A stretch of 64,000 nucleotides of DNA from the human T2T-CHM13v2.0 reference genome, Homo sapiens (GCF_009914755.1 NC_060944.1), one strand, 5' to 3'. Counted from the first letter of the stretch, positions 15,058 through 32,745 are shown. Notes: generated by a model not told the origin, from the sequence alone. Numbers and translations: made by a program.

Positions 15058-15270
15058 ACCAGGGGTTGGCTATCTTCTTCTGTAAAGGCCCAGGTGGTAA
15101 ATACTTTCTACTTTGTGATCCATATGGTCTTTATTACAACTACTCAGCTCTGCCATTGTGGCGTGAAAGTAGCCAGACTGAATGTAAACGAATGGGTATG
15201 TCTGTGTTCCAATAAAACTTTATTTACACAAACAGGCAGTGGACCAGATTTGGTCCATGACCCTGATCTA
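15058..15270 (+). mobile_element. MER58A-like hAT-Charlie
   Basis: caggggttggc...ttctgtaaaggcc...gttccaataaaactttatttacac. Confidence 0.82.
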
Positions 15271-15799
15271 GATGAAGGGCTTCCTCACCAGGGCCCACCC
15301 CAAGAGAAATGCTCAACAAATGTCACCTGTCCCAGTAGAAGCCAGGCTGCCACACACACACGCGTGCACGCACACACACATACACACACACAGAATGTCC
15401 ATGTCACTGAACAATAACAGGTGGATGAAAAGCCGTTTCCCTTTACATCTGCCTGTGCCTGAGCAAGCTGTGTTTGCTCATCGTCTGGACAAACCTTGTT
15501 GAATCTTGTCAGGAAACTTTTTACATTGCTCCTTGGCAAATAGTGCTATTTACTTTGTTTAAATACCTGCAGGAAATAACACAATTGAGCAAACTAGAGA
15601 CAAGGACAGTTAGTGTATTGAGTATTTTTTTCTCAATTTATTATGCAATATTAAAGACATACATAATAGAGTAATACTATGACACCTATGAACTGACCAT
15701 TCAATTTAAAAAATAAAGGGAGGTGGCTTTCCTTTCCTCTCAAAGATTCCTGTGCCCCCAAGTTTCATGTTTATCATTCCCCTGCATTTTTTTATGTAG

Positions 15800-16020
15800 A
15801 AGAGATCAACAAACTTTTTCTATAAAGAGCCACATAGTAAATATTTTTGTCTTAGCAGACCACACAGTCTCTATCTCAATCACTCAACTCTGCCATTGTA
15901 GCATGAAAGCAGCCATAGACAAAGCATAAACGAATGGGCTGTCTATGTCTCAAAAAACTTTATTTACAAAAATGAACAGCAGATGACATTTGGCCTATGG
16001 GCTGGAGTTTGCTGACCTTT
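15800..16020 (+). mobile_element. MER58A-like hAT-Charlie
   Basis: caaactttttctataaagagccacatagtaaatattt...actctgccattgtagcatgaaagcagccatagac. Confidence 0.82.
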
Positions 16021-16560
16021 AATGTAGAGTATTTTAAGCATGTTTTAAAACTTTACCTACATTGCATCTTTTAGTACACATTCTTTTGCAACTTGCTTTT
16101 TCCACCCAACATTGTGTCTGTAAAATGTATCCCTGTTCATACAAGTAGCTGTAGTTCATTCATTTTCACTGCTGTATAATATTCCACTACTTGATGGCAC
16201 CATAACTTACTTACCCATTCTTTAGACAGTCTTTTAGGGCTTTGTTTGTTTCTCATTACATAGGATGCTGCAATCAGCATCTTTGTGCATTTCTCAGGGG
16301 TGGAAACCTATGAGAGGAATTTCTGGGTCATGGGGTATATGCATTCTTCACTATCCTGGATAATGGCAAAGAATTTTCATTGTCTCTGGCTTTGTAAAAA
16401 GCCACTCCAGAACTTAGTGGCTTAAAATAACACTGACGTATTATTTCTGTGGGCTGGCCAGGTGGGCCTGCTGCTGGTCTCCCACAGTCCCTCTCATGCT
16501 GCTGTGCTCGCAGCAGGTGGGCTGGGGCTGCCTAGATGGCACAGTGGGGCCTCTCTCTCA

Positions 16561-16827
<267 letters not shown>

Positions 16828-16968
16828 TTATTTTAATATGCATTTATATCTACATATATATATATGTGTATGTGTACAAATATATATATAATATATATAA
16901 AATATGGAACCTGTGATTTCTTGGTCATTATTGCTTAAGGCAAGCAAATAGTTTTAAAATTGAGTTGA

Positions 16969-17272
<304 letters not shown>

Positions 17273-18625
17273 TAAAAATAACATGAAATGAATCATTATA
17301 TGGATGGTGCTGGGGTATGGGAAAACCAAGCAAGTGGTGCACAACATTGAAGATGGGGAAGCACTAATTTGGTCCAAAACCCTCATTGTAGTCACGAGGA
17401 AACTGAGGCTTGGAAAGCAGAGGGCACCTGCCTCAGTGATACCACAGAGCCAGGACAGGAAACGAGTACTCTGGGCTGTGCCATGTGCCATGGGCTGATC
17501 CAAATTCACATCACGGAGCACCTGCTCAGGGGGCTGTTGATATTTTAAACTTGAACCATCTCCTGTCTCTCCTCTGCTCAGATCCCTCCAGGGCCCCTCT
17601 CAGGATCAAAGCCAAAGGTTTTCCACTGCAGTATCTTTGCCCTGTCCCCACCTTGATGATCTTTCTGACCTCATCACTCACCCTCTCCCCAACCCTTACC
17701 CCACTCCAGCCTCACTGGCCTCCTTGCTGTTAGTTCATCCAACATACCAAGTACACTCCTGCCTGAGGACCTTTGCACATGCCTTCCCTCTGCCTGGACA
17801 GGTATTCCTTGCTCCTTTGCTTCCTTCAGGTCTTTGTTCAAATGTCTCTTCCTCCATGGGACCTCTTCCTCCTCCTCCAAGGGACCTTTCAGGATCACTC
17901 TGTTTGAAATTTCAAATCCCAACTCCCCTTAACCAACTTTGCTACCTCCTTCCCTGCTTCATTCTTCTTTTTAGCACCATAAGACTCTAAATGGAGTCCA
18001 AAAAATTTAATCATGTTTGGAGAATTGTGTTAGTGTGAGGTTCATAAGATAGCAGGGAAAAGTGTGTGCCGCTGAGTGTGCCAGGGAGTCAGGGAGCCAA
18101 TCATGTTGTCTCTTGTGTTACCCAAAAAGTATTTTGTATGCTTCTCCTCTACTGTGTGTTTTTACTTGTTTTTCTGCTGTCATTCTCCTCCCACTAGCAT
18201 ATAAGCTCCAACCGCTACAGTATCTGCAGCATCAAGATCTGTATCTCCTGACCTGTTGCAGGTGCTGAGCTAATAGTTGTGAATGAGTGAATGAATGCTT
18301 ATTGGCTGTCTGTTGTTGACACCCTCTCTGAAATCCACATGCTCACTTTGGTGCTTCCATGAGTGGAAGCCAGTGGAACTTGCAGATAGTTCACGAGCAC
18401 CTTTTCGGAGGCCTCTTTCTCTTTGCTGTGAAGATACTTATCAGAGATGCCTGCGGAGTAGCAGGTCTGATGAGATCAGTCTGTCCCCAGGCCAAACCGT
18501 GACCAGATTTCCTTTGAACATAATCTCTTAGAGCAGTGTTTCTCTATCTGGTTTAAAAGACCAGTTTTTGGGTTTTTGCTTTTTAATTGCCATTCCACTG
18601 TGGACTAATATTTTAGTAAAAATGA

Positions 18626-18952
<327 letters not shown>

Positions 18953-20519
18953 AAATTAAAATGTTTTAAAAGCATACTAAATACAAGTCTGGAGAAATGG
19001 CCTTAGATGTCAGAACAATGCCAAGTTGCTGCAAAAGTTTCAGGATGTTTACTTCTCAGTGTCTGACTTTCTCATTCTGAACTTGTAACTGATGCATGGA
19101 CCACAGTCTGGACAACAGACTTAGGGGACGAAGGCCCTCGTGTGCCTTTGCCATTTTCATATTCTCTTCTCTTTCTCATGGATTAGAATTTTATGATCCA
19201 ACCCCTTCAGCAAACAAAAGAAGAGATGAAAAACTTTATTTTCTTTTCTTTCATAGTCATTCATTTACCAGACAATTTTTGAGCACCTACTATGTGCAAG
19301 ACAGGGAGCCACATATGGGGAGACTGCAGGGTACAAGAGGGAACCAGCCCCGCCCTCCTGGAGCCTCCAGCCTAAACAGAGAGCAGAGGTTCAACAGTGA
19401 ATGGGGTTGAGTGCCAGGCAGGAGAACTGCATGCTACTCGGGGCTGACTTAGGTCATAGAAGACCTTTCTAGGGAAACAACATTTGCCTGATAGAGAAGA
19501 GGGAGGTGTGGATTCCAGGCAGAGGAAGCAACATATGCAAAGGCTTTGAGTCCAAAGACATGGTTGCAGTTTGTCTGTATCATCTATTTAAAATGGACAA
19601 TGTAGGTACCCTTAGAGGCAGCAATTTTTGTCTTGTATCCAACCAAGACAAACACTCTGACATTGCTTGAGGAAGTATGTACATTTCATCTTGGATTGTG
19701 ATAGTAAAAACTGGAATCAACCTGGAGTTCATCATCAGGGAACTGGCTGAACAAGCAGTGATATTTCCGATTCTGGCTTTCCATCCCGTCACTAAAACAG
19801 AGTGTCTGAGCATATGGCTTGGGCAGAGGGAGCGAAGGAGCCCAGGAAAGGCAGTGAGGTCGGAGGAGTGGGCAGAGCCCATGCAGGGCCTTGGGGGTCA
19901 CTGCAGAGTTTAGATTTTACTTTAGGTGCACAGTGAGGCAGACTGTACCCAATGCAACGTTAACGACTCCTAGTGGACTGAGCAAAAAGAAGGTGCTGTA
20001 TAAATATTGCTTGTTGCTGCCATCATTGTTGTTACTAAAGTCTGGCACCATCGATGGCATAAAACCCCTTCACACCTGTTATTGAGAAGCATCAAGGTAA
20101 GGAACCTTGACTTCAGAGTTATCCGCCAATTGCTAGACCCCAGTCCAATGGATTGGCAATCTCAATTCCCACATCTTTAAAATGAAGGAAGTAATATATA
20201 GCCTGTTTTGTGGGATTGATGTGAGGATAAAAGAGATGTGTTCTTTAATTACTTCATTCAGAGCCTTTATATGTTCATTCTTTCCTCTTACTTTAATTTC
20301 CTAACAACCCATCATTTCACAAGAAAGGAGGCCTCCAACCTGGGGTTGCAGGAGAAACTTTCCAGGTCACCAGTCAATGAAGCAAACCATCTAGGACTCC
20401 AGCCCAGATTTCCTGACTCACAATCTATCTGTTTTTACCTTACTAAGCATTCTCTTATTTTACGGGGTTGACAGGATAAGAAGGAGGAAATTTCAATACA
20501 AAAACCATCAGCAGAACTA

Positions 20520-20786
20520 GAAATGTTCTTGAAAGAAATGAAATTTTAAACAGCAATGAGATACTGTTCTATACCCATAAGATAGACAGAGATAAGCAAT
20601 GTTTGATAACAGTTGATGTGGTTGTGGAGAAGCAGGACTCACTCAGTGACTGGAGAGAATGTCACCTACAATCTAGGGAGCACCATTCAGCAACATCCAA
20701 GAAGATTTAAGATGTTCTTGCCCTGGACTCAGTGATTCCAGCTACTGGGAATTTACCTAAAAGATAGACTTGCACATGTGCACAAA

Positions 20787-20830
<44 letters not shown>

Positions 20831-21430
20831 TGTGATGACTATAAGCTGCAGCAAATACATATGTATATGCATATAGGTACATCTATATGTTAAATATATT
20901 TTCTGCATGTATATATGTGTGTATATATACACATTTGTTGCATGTGTGTGTGTTATGTGTGTATTTGCTGCAGCTTAAATTACAGTCATAAAATCTCAAA
21001 ACCACCCAAAAGTTAATGAATAGGAAACTGGTTAAATGATGAGGAAACCACACATTAGAATGTCACACAGCCATCAATACAGAATAAGGAAGAACTTTAT
21101 AAGCTCATGAAGAATAATCATTACCACATATTGTGAAGCAGTAAAAGAAAAAGAAGAAAATGAAGAACAGAATTTATAGAATACTCCTGTTTATATTTTA
21201 AAAGATGGAATAGATATATACGTTACATATATATATTATATACATAAGTTTGCATATGCACAGAACCTGTCTGGAAGTGAATTGTGTTCCATAAAGCTGG
21301 TAATCGTGGTTGCCTATAGGCAGAAGAGCTGGGGTTTGAGGTCAGGGATAGGAAGAGACTCTTTGCTTTATGCCTTTTGTACTATTGGAATTTTCTACAA
21401 TGCATTCATTACATTTTCAGTAAAAATTAA
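20520..21430 (+). mobile_element. Ancient L1M (L1ME-like) 3' end
   Basis: aaaacagcaatgagatactg...gatgtggttgtggagaagcaggac...ctactgggaatttacctaaaaga, resembling the ORF2 end and 3'UTR. Confidence 0.7.
20788..20829 (+). repeat. (TG)21 microsatellite
   Basis: 42 nt of perfect alternating TG. Confidence 0.97.
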
Positions 21431-21732
21431 GTGAATGAGCTGATGATGGTTAGCCTCTCCTCCTCAACACAGTCCCTTTCTCAGCCAGTTGTTCATGGAA
21501 TTAGTACCTATGCTTTAGGTAAGCATGCCGAGTTTTGCTGAAGCAGAAGGCAGATTTGTAACTGTGGCCTTGGGATTAGCAGGTCCCCCCGTGAGATTGG
21601 AGGGTGTCTTACAGTTAAGTGATATCATCTTTGCAGAGGAAGGGTGGTTCATTTCACACCTTTGCCCAAAATCCTAATGGACATTTAAGCCATACACAGC
21701 ACTACTCAGTGGAGTAGTGGGCTGCAGGCTTG

Positions 21733-21856
21733 CATACCTACCAAGCTGGCAGGTAGCATGAAGCTCACGGTGGCATGTACAAAATATGAGACCTTCATAC
21801 CTACCAAGCTGGCAGGTAGCATGAAGCTGGTGGCATGTACAAAATATGAGACCTTC
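21733..21856 (+). repeat. Tandem duplication, 63-bp + 60-bp units
   Basis: catacctaccaagctggcaggtagcatgaagct(cac)ggtggcatgtacaaaatatgagacctt twice; the only difference is a 3-bp indel. Confidence 0.95.
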
Positions 21857-22339
21857 TTGGCCTGCCTTTCCCTTCCCCACTTTTGATAGGGTCCTAGGAT
21901 GTACCAAAACAAATCACAACTGCAATGAGAAAATAGCACGTTAAAACCAGCCTCAAAGTCCTGCAGATGGAATGGAATCTATGATGACCTGGGAAACACC
22001 TGAATTGGGAGCCCACAGGGGCAGCTTGTGGTCACATGGGTTGCAGACATGGTGTTACTAGACCATCTTGTCATTCAAAAAGAAGCCGTAAGTCCAGCTT
22101 TTTGTATGAAATATCCTGACTTTTAACAAAATCAACTAATTCAGTTTTTCTTAAAAATATGCTGGCCAAGTCAAATGTCTATAGGCTCACTTTGGCTGAC
22201 AAGCCACCAGTTTGCAACTCCTCATTTGGAAGCTGATAAAATTGCATGCTGTCTTGACCCAGTAGCTCTTTTGTGGGTGACAAGGACGCATCCTAATCAT
22301 GTGTCCTTGGTCCTTTTTTTTCCCCCTCTTCCTTCAAAG

Positions 22340-22456
22340 GCATCAAGACAGAAGACAGCTTGAACCATTCCCCTGGCCAGAGTGGATTCCTCAGCTATGG
22401 CTCCAGCTTCAGCACCTCACCCACTGGACAGAGCCCATACACCTACCAGATGCACG
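22340..22456 (+). CDS. EYA2: EYA2 coding exon (probable exon 5), 117 nt, symmetric phase 1
   Basis: Acceptor ttttccccctcttccttcaaag, donor gtcagt. Translates (S)[38 protein letters not shown](G), with EYA-typical IKTE and GFLSY motifs. Confidence 0.97.
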
Positions 22457-23479
22457 GTCAGTGTGGCGCTGTGGCCCCTTCCTGCCCATCTCTAAGGACC
22501 ACCTAAGTTGGGTGTCCATTCATTCATTCATTCAGCAGATTTTTTGAGCACCTACTATGTGCCAGGCTCTATCTCGAGGAGTGGAGAAAATAGATACGAG
22601 ATCTGCCTTTCATGGTCGTTACCTGGCAGTGGGGAGAGACTAACGATAAAGTCGGCAAATAAGCCAGATGATTTGGGAAGGGGTTGAATGTAATAAGGCA
22701 AATAAACCTGGTCTTTGCATAAAGAGTGATGAGCACTTGGGAGGTCAGGAAAGGTGAGATTTGTGACTTTAGATCAAATCACCAGGGAAGGCTCTTTGAA
22801 GAGATGACATTGGGCAGAATCCCAAAGGGTGAGGCAGAGCAGCCACATAGACATCTTAGGGAAGAGCATTCCAGGCAGAGGGAACAGCCTGTACAAACTG
22901 TGCATGCAGGGAAATGTCTGGATGTATTGGAGGCACAGAGCTGAGACCAGTGAGACTGGAGCAAAGTCAGAAGGCATGTAGGAGGAGAGAATCTTGGAGA
23001 AAGAGCAAGGCGCAATCACACATGGCCTTGAGGGATATGGGAAGGAGTTTGCTTGTATTTTAAGTGTGATGGGACAGGCAAGTCTATTGTAGAGACTCAG
23101 AAATGTCGGGTGGTGGAAATATTGGACAGTCGGGTGAAGAAGCTGTTATTCCAGGCAGGAGGATCAAGGCTCTGCAGCCCTAGAGGGTGGCCTTAAGGAA
23201 GAAAGAACTCCATTGTGTAACCCTCCACCCACCTGCCATAAGGAACTGGCTTACTGGGTTCTCCCATGCTCATCTCCACTCTTTTACCATCCAAGAACCC
23301 TTCTCTGTTCTGGTGCCCCCTTGGGAGCATGCTGGAGTTGATGCATGGAGCAGGGGGCTGGTGGCTGTAATTATGGGGATCCCCATTCTGCTGTTTCCCT
23401 TTATATAAGCTGCTAAAAATTACCATCAAGGGTCTGAAAGGGTAAAATGATAAGATGGTGGGCTGATGTGTGATTGTAC

Positions 23480-23588
23480 TTTTTTTTGAGATGGAGTCTT
23501 GCTATGTTGCCCAGACTGGGCTCAAGTGATTCTGCCACCTCAGCCTCCTGAGTATCTAGGACCACAGCTGTGCGCTGCTGTACCCAGC
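23480..23588 (-). mobile_element. Alu monomer (FLAM-like)
   Basis: Short Alu arm with poly-T. Confidence 0.8.
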
Positions 23589-25861
23589 TTTGATAGTATT
23601 TTTCTTTTAAAAGCAACTACTTGGAAGTACTATCACTTCATCTTTATTATTTTAATTTTTTATTAAGGAAGTAATAAAAATGATTGTCAAGGGCAGCACT
23701 TCAGGAAAAAAAAATTGTGAAAGGAGAATAAATAATCTTAGGTATGTGTGTAGGGAAAGCAGGTGATAAGCATTCATGCCCAGCCCTGAGAATAGCTTCC
23801 TGGTAAGGTCTGTGTCCAAGTTTGTCAGTGATGCCATGAGCCAGCCTTGACCAAACATGCTAGGTGCCAGGTGATGCTCTGTGGGTTCTCTCATACAACC
23901 TTCATGACGCTCTCAAGCAACGGTACTGTATTATTCCCATTTCACAGAAGAGGAAACTGAGGCATAGAAGGAATGACTGATTTGTCCAACACCAGGGCAA
24001 GGATTTTAGATTTTATTGTAAGCATAATGGCAAAGGGACTGTGTCAGATGTCTTGGGGGCCTGGTGGAATCCCAACCCCCAGCCTCACTGCAAAGCCCAT
24101 CGCTGTAACCCCGGCACTTTCCTGCCTCCTCTGCTTCTGCTCTCACGTCTGTGTCCCCAGTCGGGCCTTTCTGAGGCCCACTGAAGGGAGTAAACTCCTG
24201 AGACCCATCTCTCCAAGTGGGGAGTGAATGATGGCACCGGCCCTGATAACAGGAGGTGTGTGAAGGTACTGAACTTCAACTTGTATTTGAGTCCATCTCA
24301 AGCCAGTTTTTTTCCAGCTCTTTAAATAGAAACTGGACTTACTGCCTCAGGGCTTCTGAGGCCACAGAGGTTGAAATGGAGACCCGGTCCCCGTATCCCA
24401 TTTTGACACCCCCTCAGCCACACAATAAGTGATCTAAGTTATGTAGGAGAGGCCCCCATTCATTCATTCATTCATTCATTCCATATGTTGAGCACCAGCT
24501 TGACACCTGGCACCCTTCTAGGCACTGAGGGCACAGCAGCACACAAAGACAATCTCCTCATGGAGAAAGATGGACAGTAATCAATTGACAAGTAGATAGA
24601 TAATTATAGATTTTGATAAAGCCTGTGACAGACAAAAACATGGTGGCATGCTGGACCGTGAGCAGTGGTATGGACCAGGAGTGGTGATCGGCATTCAGCA
24701 GGTGGTCAGGGGCCTCCCGATGGAAAGGAGGCTGCCACAGGAGGGGCCAGAGCTGGGCCGGGCCGTACAGGCAGCGGGAACGCAAGAGCAAAGGCCCCAC
24801 GGCAGGAAAAGGCTCACAGTGTTCAAGGACTCCAGAGGAGCCTCATCCTATCCTCCCCAGAGCAGGATATGCAGAATAATATTCTTTCTTCTTACAGCAA
24901 CCGCGTGAGGTGGGCACCATAAGCCCTGCTTTCATAGATGGTGAAAGTGAGGCTCAGAGAGGGCAAGTGACTTGCCTGAAACCGCAGAGCCAATAAGTGT
25001 TCAGAGCTGGGATTCAGACTCCAGTTTCTCTGGTGCCACTTCCTCTAAATGATGAGATTTCCTGGACTCCTTCAGGACTCCAGGAACTGTCCTAATGTCT
25101 GCACATAAACATGCGGCTTAATCTCCCCAGTAGCCCCGTGACATGAGCACTGCCACTGCCCTCATCTTACAGGTGGAGAAACTGAGGCATAAAATGTTTC
25201 AGTCACTTACCCAAGGTCACACGGCCATGGCAGTGGGAAATGAGCCAGGCAGTCGCCCAGGCACATAACCCTCACGCCATCCTGCCCTTCACACTCTCTT
25301 AGATCCATCTAGAAGGTGATTCTCAGGGGTGAGCCTAGGGCCCCACCCCCCACCTCAATCCCCACCAGCCAACGTCTCCAGCTCTCTTCTCGCCCTACCA
25401 TGGGAATCGTCCAGGTTATTTTCTTATCCTCCTCACAGCCCAGATGACAGAAGGGCAGCGGCAGCAGCTGGGCTTCGTCCCAATTAACTGCCTTCAGTCT
25501 GATGCTAATGGCTATAAACTGCTCTTGAGACAGCCCAGGCATTTTGCAAGCCTGACATATTCCTCCTTAAGTATTTTTTTCAAACACAAACACACAGAAC
25601 GCTCACACACCATGCCCATGTGCTTCCTATTAACTTTTTTTTTTTCTGAGTTGTTCCAGAGGAGAAATAAACTCTCGAACTACTGAGAGCATTTCAGAAT
25701 GGAAGACATTGGTTGAGCTTAGTTTCTCAGAGGAAGAAGAAAATAAAGAAGATTGAGGCTTATGAACTTTTAGGCCTGAAAATGCTGATTTTGTGAAATT
25801 GGCCCATGGTGAGAAGCTAGCATGAGTCTTTTTCCTTTCTAAGAATTTAAACCATAATTTT

Positions 25862-26310
25862 GGCCCATAATCCCAGCACTTTGGGAGACCAAGGCAGGTA
25901 TATTTATTGCTTGAGTCCAGGAGTTCAAGACCAGCCTGGGAAACCTGGTGAAACCCATCTCTACAAAAAAAAAAAAAATTATCTGGGCATGGTGATGCAT
26001 GCCTGTAGTCCCAGCTACTCAATATGTTGAGGTAGGAGGATCACTTTTCAGCCTGGGAGGTCAATGCTGCAGTAAGCCGTGATCATGCCACTGCACTCCA
26101 GCCTGAGCAATAGAGCAAGACCCTATCTTTAAAAAAAAAAAAAAAAAAATGCTGGGCATGGTGGTGTGCACCTGTAGTTCCAGCTACTCAGGAAGCTGAG
26201 GTGGAAGGATTGCTTGAGCCCAGGAGTTCAAGGTTGCAGTGAGCTATGATCACCCCACTGCACTCCAGCCTGGGCAATACAGCATGACCCTGTCTCAAAA
26301 AAAGAAAAAA
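25862..26310 (+). mobile_element. AluJ-like element followed by an extra Alu right arm
   Basis: Dimer 25862-26148 with A tail, then monomer 26151-26310 with A tail. Confidence 0.88.
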
Positions 26311-27507
26311 TATATAATTTTATAGAAGCAAAAAAGGATGCTCTTGGGGCTCACCTCATCATTTTACAGATGAGTAAACTGAGGCACTGCAACAGAGTGT
26401 CTTACGGAAGATCACAGAGCAAGCTTTAGACAAGCCAGGATGCCTCCCACTAGGTCTTCTAGCTAATCTCATAAACTTCCAAAAACTTTAGCACAGCCAT
26501 CACCCCGTAAGGCCCTGGTTTGAGATCTGTATCTGTTTGGATAACACTGCCCCTCCATGGAATATACAATAAATGTAAAAGAAAAAAGTTCACAGCTCTT
26601 GTTCAGCCTTTGCAGAGTTGTTTATTTTCTTTATTTTAAGTTCACCCTGGGGTTTTTATAGCTGAAGTGTGTTTCTTATGGGTTTGATTTTTTTTCTTTT
26701 TGGCTCCTTCTGGTAAAACACTGCTATTCACAGAAATAACCACAAAGATTAAAAAGAGGGGGAAAAAAATCTCCAGAGTGTGTTATAAGAAGTTTCTGGT
26801 GCCACAGAGTTGTTAAGAGTTCTGGACCTGGCCTGTGGTCAGTCCTGGCAGTACCCCACACACAATGGCATGAGTTGGGGAAGCACATGGACTTCTCTGT
26901 GCCTCAGTTTCCTCACCTGTGAAACTGGTATCATAGTGAGAGAGGTGACAACATGAGGCTTTGGGAGACTAAATAACATGATTCATGGGCACCACAGATG
27001 AGATCCATAAAGGCTAGATTTTCTTTTTATTATCTCTGTTATTCCTTCCTTAGCATGGTAGTTAAAAACAACTAAAAGCAGGGACTCTGAAGTCAGGTTG
27101 AGTTAACCTCCAAATACGGCTGCAAACCAGCCCTGTGACCTTGAGCTCAGTTACTTCTCAGTCCTCCAGTTTCCTTCCCTATGAAATGGGGACACTAAGA
27201 GTACTTTACTCGTGGGGTGCTATGATGACTAAATGAGTTAATGTATGTGAAGTGTTTAGAGCGCACCTGGCACAAACTAACGCTCTCTAAACGTTAATTA
27301 TCGTTATTATGATTGACATTGTTAGCCTCACTTCAGGTTTGATGGGCCATGTTCTTTCCAAGTTCGCTTCTATTTCCTGAACTCTCAATTTTAGTAAGTG
27401 GTCAGGGTAAGAGAAAAGAGGAATACTAATCTGAGACTGTGGGACTGTCTGCATCCACATAAACTCCCCTTCCAGTGAACTCTGTGTTGTAGGGAGACTT
27501 AAAAACA

Positions 27508-27827
<320 letters not shown>

Positions 27828-28421
27828 CTATCCAGTGGAAACTCTTTTTGCATTTATGAAGGGCCAGGGAACATAAAGACTGAAGCTTAGAACCCCTCCA
27901 GCAGCCACTCAGGAGCAACATAGAATCGTGCAATTCAGGGATGTGTAGGAAATTAAAAGTTCAGTAAAAGCACTTGTTACTCAGTGATCTCAGCTCGAGA
28001 CCTCCGAGACTGGATTGTGTTGGATTTAGAAAGTCTCTGTGTCAGATTCATGAAATCTACCACCAGTAAACTGTGTGACCTTGGACAAGTCACAAAGCCT
28101 TCATGATCTGTGTTCCACAGTTCTAGTGCTAACAAGAGTTCCAGGAAAAAATAAAGGGGTTGGGGCGGGTCATGGTCATACATACCAAATACGTTTAGTC
28201 AATAGTGCATGCCACAAAGTTAAAATAGACATCTTTGCTACAGGACTTTTCAGAGCCTTTGCAGGCTGTTGTGCCTTGTACTTCTCCAGGAATAGAATTC
28301 AGGAGGCAATTTTCCCAGGCAGATGGGATGAGGGCCCCTCCGTCCAAACTCGTTCTGTGGTCACTGAGAAGCCCTGGATGTCATGATCTTTTAGGACCCT
28401 TCCTTTATGAACGTTCTTTGA

Positions 28422-28776
<355 letters not shown>

Positions 28777-28786
28777 TAATTTTTAA

Positions 28787-29036
<250 letters not shown>

Positions 29037-29494
29037 TAAACTTCACCTTTTTAAAGTGTTCAGTTTAGTGTTTTTAGTATATTCACTAAAATTGTGCAAC
29101 CATCACCACTATCTAATGCCACAGCATTTTTGTCACCCCGCAAAGAAACCCCATGTCCATTAGCGTCACTCCTTAGTTCCCCTCCCTCCGATATATTCCT
29201 TTTGTAATAAAAAAAAAAGACACATGAATTTTTTAAACAGGTTACACATTTACCTAGTTCGGGCATCTGTGGAAATCTTTCTTCTACCCTCATGCTACAT
29301 CCACCCCGTTTCCAAACCCCTAACAATTAACCACTGTAATAATTTCGTGGGAACCCACCCAGAACATCTTTTTGCAAACATAAGTAAAATATAAGCAGTC
29401 TATTATATTGTATGTTACTATTACAAGAATTAGTTCAGACGTGATTCATAAATAAGAAAACTATGTTAGTATAACTCGGAAGTTGCATTGTTTC

Positions 29495-31035
<1,541 letters not shown>

Positions 31036-31549
31036 TGCATTGGTTCATTTGTAATTTTTCCAGAGCATGGGCTAACAGCAGCTGAATGTAAAATACCAAA
31101 CACAAGCAAATGCAGCAAGCCTGGTATGAGTACAGTTCTGCTCAGAATGCCCTATCTTCTTCCTCTTCCTCAGTTTGGTTACATGTTCTATTTTGGGAGA
31201 ACTAATTTTGCAATTCCTGCCAATTTTTATGCATTTTGCCCTTGTTTCCATAATTCAGCACCTCCATCATCTCTTCATCACCTCCATCAAGATACTTTCA
31301 CTTCCTTTTAAAAGCAAAGATCTCTATTTAATGTAATGCTTCTCAGTTTATTATTTACATTTTTATTTTTTCACCATGCTATCATTTTTACTGGGATTGT
31401 CACTGCTTTGGTTAATGCTCTGGTTACAAAGTGGCATTGCTGTGGGGCAGTCAGCTGTAACCCTACTTCTTCCCATAAGCTCTCTGATTTTAGTGCACGG
31501 GTTTGCATAACTCATGGCCTTTCAAGAAAGCATTATCACATGATGGCAG

Positions 31550-32745
31550 AAACACTTGTCTATATTCTTTTCACAGATAACATACTATGCACACTCTTCT
31601 GCACTTCGTTTTCCTCATTTAGCTATATACCTTGGAAAGAACTTGCTAAGTCAATATATAGAAAGAGCTTCTTCATTCTTTTTCATAGATGCCTATTATT
31701 GCATTGAATGATGTGCTATAAATGATTGAGCCAGTTCCTTACTGGGGGCCATTTGGCCTGTTTCTACTCTTTTGCAACTGCCTCCGAAATGGTCATGAAA
31801 ACCCCTATATGTATATTATTTTTTATAAGTATATCTGAAGGGCAAATTTCCAAAAAGTAGGAGTTGGGGTCAAGGGGCAAGTCTATATTTAAATTTGGTA
31901 GATATCTTCAAGTTACCCTCCATAGGGATTCTACCCATTTACACTCCCCCCAGCAGTGTCTGGGAGTAGTACCTGTTTTCACAAAAACTCATCGACCCAG
32001 TGTCATCTTACGGTTGAAGTTTTTGCCAATCTGATGCATGAAGAAATGGTGTCTCAGGGCAGTAGTAATTTCTAAGTCTTGTCCCACAAGTGAGGTTGAG
32101 CATCTTTTCAGACCCTTGACTGATTTGTATTTCCTTTCCTGTGAACCAGGAGATTTGACTTTTAAAAGTTTGCAAAAGAAAAGCAATTAAGTACTAGGCA
32201 TACCAATATTTAAGCATATCATAAAGCTTCAATAATCAAAGCAACATGCTTCTAGTGTGAATACACTCACCGATCAATAGAGGAGAACAAATGGTCTCAG
32301 AGAGAGACCCACACATTTAGTACGTGGAGAAGGTGATGTCTTGAGTCAGTGGGAAAATATGAACTATTGAATGAATGGCATTGGAACAGCTAGTTAGCCA
32401 TCTGGAGAAAAGTATCCATTCCTACTACCAGAAAACAAATCCAAATGGATTGACGGTTTAAATGTTAAAAATAAAACCATAAAAATACTAGAACGAGAAT
32501 AAGCACAATTTTTTATAACCTTGGAGTGGAAAAGGCTTTTCTAACCAGGACTCAGAAATCCAAAATCCATAAATGAAAAGATTGACAGGTTCAACTACAG
32601 AATTTTTTTTTTCTTTTTTGGCACGGCAAAGAACACCAGAAGTCAAAACAACGAAACAAATGACAAAAAACAAGCAAACAAACAAAAAAAAAGAAAACAA
32701 AATGACAAACTGAAAAGAAATATTTACATCTGAAATCACAAAGAA
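31550..32745. mobile_element. Ancient L1M ORF2/3' end in two opposite orientations (minus ~31550-32148, plus ~32175-32745)
   Basis: The minus piece encodes KRCSTSL...TTALRHHF. The plus piece resembles the upstream ORF2 segment (YYKA...WEKIF region). Confidence 0.7.
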
